Assembly: GCA_045129415.1 (NCBI GenBank)
Contig: JBGVJM010000050.1
Location: forward strand, 1-43,502
Source: Eubacteriales bacterium
Lineage (GTDB): Bacteria > Bacillota > Clostridia > Oscillospirales > CAG-272
Direction: 5' to 3'
Length of the DNA stretch: 43,502 nt
The notes under the pieces are model-generated. The model worked only from the letters and a program-made list of their open reading frames with translations. It searched no databases and had not been told where the DNA came from. Below are positions 35,772 through 43,420 of this stretch, piece after piece. Position 1 is the first letter of the stretch; each line of letters begins with the position of its first letter. Position numbers and translations under genes: made by a program.

Positions 35772-35867
35772 ATGAAGATCGTAGTAGTACGCTCGCCGTC
35801 CTTGCTCTCTCCCATACTTCGCCGTATATTCGGCATAAAAAAGACGAGAAAAAAGAGAAGCCGATAA
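35772..35867 (+). CDS. spoVM: Stage V sporulation protein M (31-aa amphipathic-helix peptide). It is absent from the ORF track because of the length cutoff.
   Basis: I translated it by hand as MKIVVVRSPSLLSPILRRIFGIKKTRKKRSR. It aligns position for position with B. subtilis SpoVM MKFYTIKLPKFLGGIVRAMLGSFRKD at M1, K2, basic-7, P9, L12, I15, R17 and G21. GGAGG lies 8 nt upstream. It sits immediately after thiN, as in B. subtilis. Confidence 0.7.
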   Translation: MKIVVVRSPSLLSPILRRIFGIKKTRKKRSR

Positions 35868-35911
35868 GGCTTGATGATTTTTAAGGGATACATATTAAAA
35901 GGGATATATAA

Positions 35912-37939
35912 ATGAAGGAAACAAGCAAATTCTTTCCCACAACGAAAGAGGAAATGACCGCGCGCGGCTGGAGTGAAGCGGATTTTGTATACGTGTCGGG
36001 TGATGCCTACGTGGACCATCCCTCCTTTGGCGCGGCAATAATATGCCGCGTGCTTGAGGACATGGGCTTTAAGGTGGCTTTTCTTTCCCAGCCGGACTAC
36101 AAGTCTTGCGAGGACTTCAAGCGCTTTGGCAGGCCACGTCTTGCCTTTCTCGTAAGCGCGGGAAACATTGACTCAATGGTCGCGCATTACACCGCCGCCA
36201 AGAAAAAGCGCACGTACGATTATTATTCGGCGGGCGGTAAGATGGGCAAGCGTCCCGACCGCGCGTGTATAGTTTATTCAAACCGAATTCGCGAGGCTTA
36301 CGGAGACGTTCCGATAATCTTAGGCGGACTTGAGGCATCCTTGCGCCGCTTTGCCCACTACGATTATTGGGATAATAAGGTTCGCCGTTCCATACTCGTG
36401 GACAGCCGCGCCGATATACTGACGTACGGAATGGGAGAAAAGATACTTGCGCGCATAGCCGAGCTTCTGGATCGTGGCATACCCGTAAAAAAGATACGCG
36501 ACGTGCGCGGCACGGTGTATCTTTGTGCCGAGGGTGACAAGGTCAATTATCCGGTAGCGGCAACCTTTGATTACAACGAGCTTAAAACGGATAAGAGAAA
36601 ATATGCCGAGGCGTTCGGCGTGCAGTATAAAAATCAGGATTCCATAAACGGCCGCGCCATTTGCGAGCTTTACGACGGTAAGATGCTGGTGCAAAACCCA
36701 CCTATGCCGCCGCTTGAACGCGAGGAGCTTGACCGAGTCTATGCCTTGCCCTATGCGAGAGCATATCATCCAAGCTATGAGTCCGAGGGCGGAGTTCCTG
36801 CAATTGAAGAGGTCAAATTCTCGGTAACGCACAACAGAGGCTGCTTTGGTGCATGCAATTTTTGTGCTTTGGCGTTCCACCAAGGACGCACCGTGCGCTC
36901 AAGAAGTGAAAAGAGCGTTATAGATGAAGCCAAGATAATTACCGAGATGCCCGACTTTAAGGGATACATACACGACGTTGGCGGACCAACAGCCAACTTC
37001 CGCTATCCGTCCTGCAAAAAGCAGCTGAGTGACGGAGTTTGTCCCTCGCGCAAGTGCTTGGCACCCACGCCTTGTAAAAATATTGAGGTGGACCACACCG
37101 AATATATGCACCTTATAGGTGAGATAGAAAAGCTGCCAAAAGTCAAGAAGGTGTTTATCCGTTCGGGAATAAGATTTGACTATCTTATGCTTGATAAAAA
37201 CGATGCTTTCTTCAGAAAGCTTGTTGCCGACAACGTGTCAGGACAGTTAAAGGTAGCGCCCGAGCACTGTTCTTCGCCCGTGCTTCGCTGTATGGGCAAG
37301 CCCGACTTTACCGTTTATCAGTCCTTCCGCAAGAAGTTCTTTGAAATAACGAAAAGCATCGGCAAGGAGCAGTATCTTGTCCCCTATCTTATGTCCAGTC
37401 ATCCCGGCTCAACGCTTGAGGATGCGATAGAGCTTGCCTTGTGCTTAAAGCGCGACAAATATGCTCCCGAGCAGGTTCAGGACTATTATCCCACACCGGG
37501 AACGGCATCCACGGTTATGTATTATACAGGCATAAATCCGCTTGACATGAAGCCCGTGCACGTGGTGACCGATTATCACGAAAAGCAGCTTCAGCGCGCG
37601 CTTTTGCAGTATAACAGACCCGACAATGCGCCCCTGGTGCGCGAGGCGTTGAGACTTGCGGGCAGGGAAGACCTTATCGGCTACGGCGAAGAGTGCCTCG
37701 TGCGCCCCGAGCAGCACGGACGTGGAGATTATCCCAAAAAATCAAAGCCGCGAGCTAAAAATAATGCCGCGAGAACAAAAGACGGCGACAAAAGGAACGA
37801 CGGCAAGAGGTCCGCGCCTCAAAAAAAGGGCGCAAAGCCTCAGCAAAATGCTAAGGGCGGCAAAAAGAACGTCTCCGCAAGACCTGCGGATGAGGCGAAG
37901 CCCAAATACGCACAAATCAAAAGAAAAAATAAATCTTAA
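35912..37939 (+). CDS. YgiQ-family (UPF0313) radical SAM protein with a Lys-rich C-terminal tail
   Basis: The N-terminus FLPTTKEEM-like FFPTTKEEMTARGW..DFVYVSGDAYVDHPSFG, the radical SAM cluster CFGACNFC, and a basic tail. Confidence 0.9.
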   Translation: MKETSKFFPTTKEEMTARGWSEADFVYVSGDAYVDHPSFGAAIICRVLEDMGFKVAFLSQPDYKSCEDFKRFGRPRLAFLVSAGNIDSMVAHYTAAKKKRTYDYYSAGGKMGKRPDRACIVYSNRIREAYGDVPIILGGLEASLRRFAHYDYWDNKVRRSILVDSRADILTYGMGEKILARIAELLDRGIPVKKIRDVRGTVYLCAEGDKVNYPVAATFDYNELKTDKRKYAEAFGVQYKNQDSINGRAICELYDGKMLVQNPPMPPLEREELDRVYALPYARAYHPSYESEGGVPAIEEVKFSVTHNRGCFGACNFCALAFHQGRTVRSRSEKSVIDEAKIITEMPDFKGYIHDVGGPTANFRYPSCKKQLSDGVCPSRKCLAPTPCKNIEVDHTEYMHLIGEIEKLPKVKKVFIRSGIRFDYLMLDKNDAFFRKLVADNVSGQLKVAPEHCSSPVLRCMGKPDFTVYQSFRKKFFEITKSIGKEQYLVPYLMSSHPGSTLEDAIELALCLKRDKYAPEQVQDYYPTPGTASTVMYYTGINPLDMKPVHVVTDYHEKQLQRALLQYNRPDNAPLVREALRLAGREDLIGYGEECLVRPEQHGRGDYPKKSKPRAKNNAARTKDGDKRNDGKRSAPQKKGAKPQQNAKGGKKNVSARPADEAKPKYAQIKRKNKS

Positions 37940-37963
37940 GTCAAAATACAAAGGAGAAAGATA

Positions 37964-38671
37964 ATGAAGGTTTTAGTTTGGAACGAAAACGTGCATGAAA
38001 AGGAAGATCCCAGAGTATGCGAGCTTTACGAGGGCGGTCTTCACACCTATATCGCAAACTTTTTAAGAAGTGACGACATTGAGGTTGTAACCGCAACTCT
38101 TGACGACGAGGAGTGCGGCATTACCGATGCTCTTCTTGACGAGATCGACGTTATAATCTGGTGGGGACACATGGCTCACCCCCGCGTACCCGACGAGGTA
38201 GTGGATCGCGTTTACCGTCACGTGCTTGGCGGAATGGGCTTTATAGGACTTCACTCTGCGCACCACTCCAAGATATTCAAAAAGCTTATGGGAACGACCT
38301 GCAATCTCAAGTGGAGAGACGGCGCGAGAGAGCGCATCTGGACGATAAAGCCCAATCATCCCATTGCCGAGGGTGTTGATGAGACCTTTGCGCTTGATCC
38401 CGAGGAGATGTACGGCGAGAGATTTGATATTCCCGATCCCGAGGAGACCATATTCCTTGGTTGGTTCAACGGCGGCGAGGTGTTCAGAAGCGGATGCACC
38501 TGGACACGCGGACACGGAAAGATCTTCTATTTCCAGCCCGGCCACGAGACCAACACCTCTTTCCAGAACAAAAACGTTCAGAAGATAATCAAGAACGCAG
38601 TCAAGTGGGCTTGCCCCACAAAGAAGAACGTGGAGATCCCTTGTCCCCACTTCATGGCGCTTGAGCAGTAA
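37964..38671 (+). CDS. ThuA-domain (trehalose-utilisation-like, class I glutamine-amidotransferase fold) protein
   Basis: MKVLVWNENVHE..., VIIWWGHMAH, GLHSAHHSK and YFQPGHET match the ThuA-like pattern. Confidence 0.75.
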   Translation: MKVLVWNENVHEKEDPRVCELYEGGLHTYIANFLRSDDIEVVTATLDDEECGITDALLDEIDVIIWWGHMAHPRVPDEVVDRVYRHVLGGMGFIGLHSAHHSKIFKKLMGTTCNLKWRDGARERIWTIKPNHPIAEGVDETFALDPEEMYGERFDIPDPEETIFLGWFNGGEVFRSGCTWTRGHGKIFYFQPGHETNTSFQNKNVQKIIKNAVKWACPTKKNVEIPCPHFMALEQ

Positions 38672-38672
38672 T

Positions 38673-38707
38673 AAAAAAAGACCGAACCTAGCGGTTCGGT
38701 CTTTTTG
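38673..38707. terminator. Bidirectional intrinsic terminator
   Basis: AGACCGAACC-TAGC-GGTTCGGTCT (10-bp stem) flanked by an A-run and a T-run. Confidence 0.8.
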
Positions 38708-38717
38708 TTTGTTGCAA

Positions 38718-39179
38718 TTATTCCTCGTCGTCAACGATGGAGCCGATCTCGCTGCCGCATGCGGGGCAGAGAAGATTTTCACAGTCCATGTCCTCGTCAA
38801 AGCAAACGGTCTCGCCGCAAGAGGGGCAGATTATCTCGTAATAATCCTCGCAGTCGCAATCCTCGCAGCAGCCGCAAAGCTCGCACTCGTCGCAGTCGCC
38901 ATCGCACTCGCAGTCCTCACAATCGCAATCGCAGTCGCAATCGCAATCACACTCGTCGTCAAGAAGAACCTCCTCAACGTCGCCAAGGTCCTCGTCAAGC
39001 TCCTCGCAGTAATCTGCAAGGTCAGCGATGTCGCACTCGATATCGTCAATTTCCTTTGCCATATCGTCGCAAAGGTCGATAAGCGCCTTGATTATCTTTG
39101 CCTCAGCGCTATCCTTCTTGTCAAACTCAAGACCTTCGCAAAGGCCCTTTATGTAAGCAGTCTTTTCGGTAAGTGTCAT
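38718..39179 (-). CDS. Acidic Cys-rich protein: a helical N-terminal domain, a (Cys-Asp)n tract and a C-terminal CPxCG...CPxCG zinc ribbon
   Basis: The 153-aa product has 25 Cys by my count. The N-terminus is MTLTEKTAYIKGLCEGLEFD. The core is ECDCDCDCDCDCEDCECDGDCDECELCGCCEDCDC. The ribbon is CPSCGETVCF...CPACGSEI. GAGGA lies 7 nt upstream of the ATG. The gene follows efp. Confidence 0.75.
   Translation of the reverse strand: MTLTEKTAYIKGLCEGLEFDKKDSAEAKIIKALIDLCDDMAKEIDDIECDIADLADYCEELDEDLGDVEEVLLDDECDCDCDCDCDCEDCECDGDCDECELCGCCEDCDCEDYYEIICPSCGETVCFDEDMDCENLLCPACGSEIGSIVDDEE
38919..38951. repeat. Hexanucleotide microsatellite (GCAATC/GCAGTC, about 5.5 units) encoding (Cys-Asp)n
   Basis: The plus strand reads aca-atc-gca-atc-gca-gtc-gca-atc-gca-atc-aca, codon-aligned to C77-C87 of the minus-strand ORF. 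Confidence 0.9.
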
Positions 39180-39210
39180 TTTTAAATCCTCACTTTCTTA
39201 ATATAAGACA

Positions 39211-39239
39211 AAACGGGAGAATATATATATCTCCCGTTT
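39211..39239 (-). terminator. Intrinsic terminator after efp
   Basis: AAACGGGAG...(AT loop)...CTCCCGTTT hairpin followed on the minus strand by TTGTCTTAT. Confidence 0.65.
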
Positions 39240-39257
39240 GTGTTTAATGATCGTAAA

Positions 39258-39815
39258 TTATGCGCGGGAGAGATACTCGCCTGTACGAGTGTCTATCTTA
39301 AGAACGTCGCCAACATTGATGAAGAGCGGAACCTTAACGATAGCTCCGGTCTCAAGAGTTGCGGGCTTAAGCGCGTTGGTTGCAGTGTTTCCTGCAAAGC
39401 CGGGATCGGTGTCGGTAACCTCGAGCTCAACGAACGTGGGAGGCTCTACGCCGAATACGTTGCCCTTGTAGGAAATGATCTTGCACATCATCTCTTCCTT
39501 AACGAACTTGAACGCATCGCCAAGCTTATCGGAGTTGAGAGGAAGCATATCGAACGTTTCCATGTCCATGAAGTAGTAAAGATCTCCGTCGTTGTAGGAG
39601 TACTGCATGTCCTTTCTCTCGATGTATGCGTTCTCGAACTTGTCGGTGGGGGAGAAGGACTTCTCGATAACACCACCGGTGATAACGTTCTTAAGCTTCG
39701 TGCGAACGAAAGCTGCACCCTTACCGGGCTTTACGTGCTGGAATTCAACAACCTGAAATACGTTGCCTTCCATTTCAAATGTAATACCGTTCTTAAAATC
39801 GCCGGCTACTACCAT
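39258..39815 (-). CDS. efp: Translation elongation factor P
   Basis: [49 protein letters not shown] lies 9 nt upstream of ATG 39815. Confidence 0.95.
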   Translation of the reverse strand: MVVAGDFKNGITFEMEGNVFQVVEFQHVKPGKGAAFVRTKLKNVITGGVIEKSFSPTDKFENAYIERKDMQYSYNDGDLYYFMDMETFDMLPLNSDKLGDAFKFVKEEMMCKIISYKGNVFGVEPPTFVELEVTDTDPGFAGNTATNALKPATLETGAIVKVPLFINVGDVLKIDTRTGEYLSRA

Positions 39816-39903
39816 AATCTGATACCTCCAAAAGTATTGTTTTTTCTCGGATCCGACGATCAATAATCACAGGATCCTCGGTCTCTTCATATTTTTACAT
39901 TTA

Positions 39904-39932
39904 ATTATATAATATAATTCGTTTTTTTGCAA
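39904..39932 (-). promoter_or_regulatory. Putative efp promoter TTGCAA-N17-TATAAT
   Basis: The minus strand reads TTGCAAaaaaacgaattatattaTATAAT. Confidence 0.5.
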
Positions 39933-39980
39933 GAGGGGATACGGGGAAAAATGTAAATTTTCTGTTACGAGCCTTAAAAA

Positions 39981-40532
39981 TCACAGCGCGGAGCCGTAAA
40001 GCACGATGTTTCCATCAAGATCAACGACGCGAAGCTCGCCGCGGTCATATATGGCAAGGGTTTTGGGATTGTTCTCCTTTGGCAGGCTTACCGAGCCGGG
40101 ATTTAAACAAATAACTCCGTCTCGCTCCTCAAAGCGCGGAATGTGAGTGTGTCCCGAGAGGAACAGCGAATTCTTTTGAAGGGGAGGAAGATTGTCGGGA
40201 GAAAGCTTGTGACCGTGCGTTAAAAACAGCTGAACGCCCCGTTCACCGTCATATACGACGGCGGTATCGGACATAACGGGGAAGCAAAGCACCATCTGGT
40301 CGACCTCTGCCTCGCAGTTGCCCCTGACGCATATAAGCTTGTCCGAAACCGAGTTGAGCATTTCGATAACTTTTTTGGGTGCGTAAGTGTCGGGGAGATC
40401 GTTGCGCGGGCCGTGATACAAAATATCACCGAGCAGTAAAATTTTATCCGCTTTTTCGCGCTCGGCAAGCTCAAGCACGGCGCGGCAGCCCGCCTCGTCT
40501 CCGTGTATATCCGATGCAATAATAAACTTCAT
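39981..40532 (-). CDS. YfcE/MJ0936-family metallophosphoesterase
   Basis: MKFIIASDIHGD, LLLGDILYHG, VRGNCE, THGH and SGHTH motifs. Confidence 0.85.
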   Translation of the reverse strand: MKFIIASDIHGDEAGCRAVLELAEREKADKILLLGDILYHGPRNDLPDTYAPKKVIEMLNSVSDKLICVRGNCEAEVDQMVLCFPVMSDTAVVYDGERGVQLFLTHGHKLSPDNLPPLQKNSLFLSGHTHIPRFEERDGVICLNPGSVSLPKENNPKTLAIYDRGELRVVDLDGNIVLYGSAL

Positions 40533-40558
40533 TTTCTTTTTCCTTCCTTTTTAGGAGA

Positions 40559-41068
40559 TTATTTCTTTATAAGGATCTTCGTTATTTCAAGGATATACAT
40601 CTTGTGATAGTCCTTTTTGGGATAATTTTTAAGATGCGCGGGATCGTCAAAGCATTCTTCCTTTATATAGTCGGAGTATGCCTTTTTACACACAAGCACC
40701 GCGTCGGATTGCTCTATCATGGGAGCATTGCCATCAAAGGCGACGGAGAGTCCGGATGCTGGTATTTTGTCCATATCTCTGCCCGATTTTGTGCCGCAAA
40801 GCTTTAAGGCATCGCGGTATTGCTCGCCTAAAAAGCAAAGAGTAACCTCGTCGCTTTCCTCAACGAGTCCAAACGTATATCTTTGGGGACGCACGTATAT
40901 GGTGGCAACGTTTTTGTGCCATATCGCGCCGAGTCCTGCCCAGCTTGCCGTCATGGCGTTAGCGCCGCATTCCTTGGTTTTGTCGGGCGCGCATATAAGC
41001 ACCCAATCCTTATCGATCAGCTTAAAGGGAGAGCATACGAATTCGTCTGCGTTTATTTCGTAAAACAC
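40559..41068 (-). CDS. Flavin reductase-like FMN-binding protein
   Basis: NAMTASWAGLGAIWHKNVATIYVRPQRYT is the typical Flavin_Reduct core pattern. Confidence 0.75.
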   Translation of the reverse strand: MFYEINADEFVCSPFKLIDKDWVLICAPDKTKECGANAMTASWAGLGAIWHKNVATIYVRPQRYTFGLVEESDEVTLCFLGEQYRDALKLCGTKSGRDMDKIPASGLSVAFDGNAPMIEQSDAVLVCKKAYSDYIKEECFDDPAHLKNYPKKDYHKMYILEITKILIKK

Positions 41069-41183
41069 CGTGAAATCCTCCTTGTTTTATGTAGGATAAA
41101 GACTATATTAAAATTATAGCATAACTTTTCGTCCTTTTCAATATATGAGATGAAATTTCGGGTGTTACGTGTTTTTATAAAAA

Positions 41184-41205
41184 GGGCCCGGGAAATCCCA
41201 AGCCC
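41184..41205 (-). terminator. Intrinsic terminator after the PPIase lipoprotein gene
   Basis: Minus-strand RNA forms GGGCUUGGG-AUUU-CCCGGGCCC (9 bp with two G-U pairs) followed by TTTTTAT. Confidence 0.65.
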
Positions 41206-41214
41206 ATAATTGTT

Positions 41215-42429
41215 TTATTTGGATTCCGACTTTTTAAAGCTTACGGTACAGCCCTCAATCAAAAGCGAATCGACCTTTACGAATATCGCGGTCTCACGGA
41301 TGGCTAATTCGCCAACCATTTCAACGACCTCTTCCTTTGTGTACTTTTGTCCGTTCGCCTCGGCGTATTTTACGATAGCTTCGACCTCTTTATCGAACTC
41401 CTCACCCGAAATGGTGATATCATTTTTTTGCGCGATATAATAGTATATCATTTTACTCTTTACGGTGTTTTGAGCAAGCTCGGTGAGAGCCTTTTTCCAA
41501 TCCCCACCGCTCTTGAGTCCAAGCATTTGAGTTGCCATTTCCTCAAAGGATATTTTGTAGCCGTATTGAGCATAGTAGTCAACGTTTTCCTGTATTTGCT
41601 TGCAGAAGCTGCCGTACCAATAGTCAACGCTTGCCTGGGGATATGAATTTATCTTTGCGCCCTCGAGCAAAAGCTTGCTCAGCTCGGCGAGCACCTGCTC
41701 GTTCTGCTCGTCCTTTAAGAGCGAGCGGATATAGTCCTCAAATTCACCGAGCACGTCGTCGCCCTCGGGCTTAAAGCCGATAATATCGGTTATCGTCTCC
41801 TTGGTGTATTCGGGAACGTAGGTCTCGTTGGAGATGTATTTGATATAAACGTTAAATACTACGGACTTTCCCGCAAGGTCCTTACTGTGATAGTTTTCGG
41901 GGAAGGTAAGATTGAGCTTTGCGGGGTTTTCCTTGCTCGTTTCGGAGGGGATAACGCCGATAAGTCCGTCCTCGAAGCCGGGGATAAAGCTTCCCGAGCC
42001 GATCTTGAGGGCGTGGGGGGCATTTTTGCCGTCCTCCGCCAGGGTTCCACCATCAAAGGCTACGCCGTCAAGGAGTCCCTGATAGTAGATATAAACGGTG
42101 TCGCCCTTTTGTACGGGGCGGTCGGTTATTTTTACGGGCTGCTTGAACTGCTCAAGAACGCCCTTTATATATTTTTCAACGTTTGCGTCGGTTATCTCGT
42201 ATATATCACTTATGGTGACGGATGCGTTTTTGTAAATTGATTCGTCAAGAGACATGTATTCCTCAAGGTCAAGAGTTGTAAAATCAATATCCTCCTTGAC
42301 AGTTGTTCCGGTTCCGGTTTCAGAACCTGTCTCGTTTTCCTTAGTACCGCAGGATGCAAGGCAACCTATAAGGGTCGCAAGCAATAAAATGCAGCAAATA
42401 AGATATTTGGTAACAGATGCTTTCCTCAT
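41215..42429 (-). CDS. Lipoprotein with an FKBP-type peptidyl-prolyl isomerase domain (trigger-factor-like architecture)
   Basis: The lipobox is in LLLATLIGCLASCG. The FKBP core reads VQKGDTVYIYYQGLLDGVAFDGGT...GSGSFIPGFEDGLIG. ATG 42429 is preceded by AAAGGA. Confidence 0.8.
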   Translation of the reverse strand: MRKASVTKYLICCILLLATLIGCLASCGTKENETGSETGTGTTVKEDIDFTTLDLEEYMSLDESIYKNASVTISDIYEITDANVEKYIKGVLEQFKQPVKITDRPVQKGDTVYIYYQGLLDGVAFDGGTLAEDGKNAPHALKIGSGSFIPGFEDGLIGVIPSETSKENPAKLNLTFPENYHSKDLAGKSVVFNVYIKYISNETYVPEYTKETITDIIGFKPEGDDVLGEFEDYIRSLLKDEQNEQVLAELSKLLLEGAKINSYPQASVDYWYGSFCKQIQENVDYYAQYGYKISFEEMATQMLGLKSGGDWKKALTELAQNTVKSKMIYYYIAQKNDITISGEEFDKEVEAIVKYAEANGQKYTKEEVVEMVGELAIRETAIFVKVDSLLIEGCTVSFKKSESK

Positions 42430-42537
42430 TTTAAATCCTTTCAATATAGTTCTTTTATTAATCCTTGTCTATGATAGCAAGAAGCAAGGAAAAAATCAAG
42501 TACATTTTGAAAACTTTTTATCACAAATGTAACTTTG

Positions 42538-42566
42538 TTGACAAAAGGCATGCGGAATGATATAAT
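42538..42566 (+). promoter_or_regulatory. Exact consensus promoter TTGACA-N17-TATAAT (TGn extended) for birA
   Basis: TTGACAaaaggcatgcggaatgaTATAAT. Confidence 0.6.
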
Positions 42567-42598
42567 GGTCGGGAAGAGTCGTGCAAAGGAGGATGCCC

Positions 42599-43381
42599 AT
42601 GACGGACTTTAATGCTTTTGTGAATATGACCGAGCGGGCGCTCTCCGACCTCGGCGTCAAGGTGGTGGCGTATGATGAGATAGGCTCGACCAATCTTGAA
42701 GCCAAGCGGTACGCCGCGGATGCCGCCGACACAAGTCCTGTGTTATTTTTGGCGCGCAGTCAGTCGGCGGGCAGGGGACGGCTCGGCAGAGATTTTATCT
42801 CTCGCTCCGACCTCGGAATATATATGACGCTGTTGTATTTTACCCACGACGACGTCGGCTCTGCCGTCACCGTCACAACGGCGACTGCCGTTGCCGCGGC
42901 GACCTCGATAGAGGACACGACGGATGAGAGAATAGCGATAAAGTGGGTAAACGACCTGTATTTGAAGGATAAAAAGGTCGCAGGCATACTTGTTGAAGGA
43001 CTTCCTGTAAGCTTGGGGTATGCCGTTGCCGTTGGTATAGGCATAAACGTGGGAGCTAACGAGTTCCCATGTGAGCTTTGCAATATTGCAACGAGCCTTG
43101 GCGAGCTTTGTCCCGAAAAACGCGCCGAGATAGTTATACAAACGTGCAAAAAAATATTGGAGCATGCCAAGGAGCATAAAAACAGGTCATATATGGCGGA
43201 ATACAGGAAAAGATTTATGCTTGACGGGAAAAGCGTCACCCTTTGGCGGGCGGACGAGGAGGCAATGAGCGGTCGCGTGTGCGGTGTCAGTGACGACGGA
43301 GCGCTTTTGATAATGCCCGACGGCGAAAAGGAAATAAAAGCGATATCAAGCGGCGAGGTAACGGTGCGCCTCACCCGATAA
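42599..43381 (+). CDS. birA: Biotin--[acetyl-CoA-carboxylase] ligase, class I (no N-terminal HTH)
   Basis: IGSTN, the GRGRLGR biotin-binding loop, KWVNDLY and KVAGILVE. ATG 42599 lies 6 nt after AAGGAGG. Confidence 0.9.
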   Translation: MTDFNAFVNMTERALSDLGVKVVAYDEIGSTNLEAKRYAADAADTSPVLFLARSQSAGRGRLGRDFISRSDLGIYMTLLYFTHDDVGSAVTVTTATAVAAATSIEDTTDERIAIKWVNDLYLKDKKVAGILVEGLPVSLGYAVAVGIGINVGANEFPCELCNIATSLGELCPEKRAEIVIQTCKKILEHAKEHKNRSYMAEYRKRFMLDGKSVTLWRADEEAMSGRVCGVSDDGALLIMPDGEKEIKAISSGEVTVRLTR

Positions 43382-43383
43382 AG

Positions 43384-43419
43384 AAAACACGGAATTCAAG
43401 ATTGAATTCCGTGTTTTTT
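43384..43419. terminator. Bidirectional intrinsic terminator
   Basis: ACACGGAATTC-AAGATT-GAATTCCGTGT hairpin with an A-run and a T-run on either side. Confidence 0.8.
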
Positions 43420-43420
43420 A

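Noticed and set aside
35753-36019. An 88-aa minus-strand ORF listed in the track across the thiN-ygiQ gap.
   Set aside because: It overlaps the well-supported ygiQ start and is antisense to the SD-preceded spoVM ORF. It has no SD and no recognisable motifs.
38850-38951. The short regular GCAATC/GCAGTC repeats could be taken for a CRISPR-like or non-coding tandem array.
   Set aside because: The units are 6 nt with no spacers, lie inside an open reading frame and are codon-aligned. This is a coding microsatellite, not a CRISPR array.
38661-39185. A 174-aa hydrophobic + strand ORF (AVAIALAVLTIAIAVAIAITLVV...) that mirrors the Cys-Asp-rich gene and looks like a membrane protein.
   Set aside because: It starts inside the thuA 3' end and runs through the bidirectional terminator. 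It has no SD. Its hydrophobicity is the expected complement of an Asp/Cys/Glu-rich gene. The minus-strand ORF has a good SD, a recognisable N-domain and a zinc ribbon.
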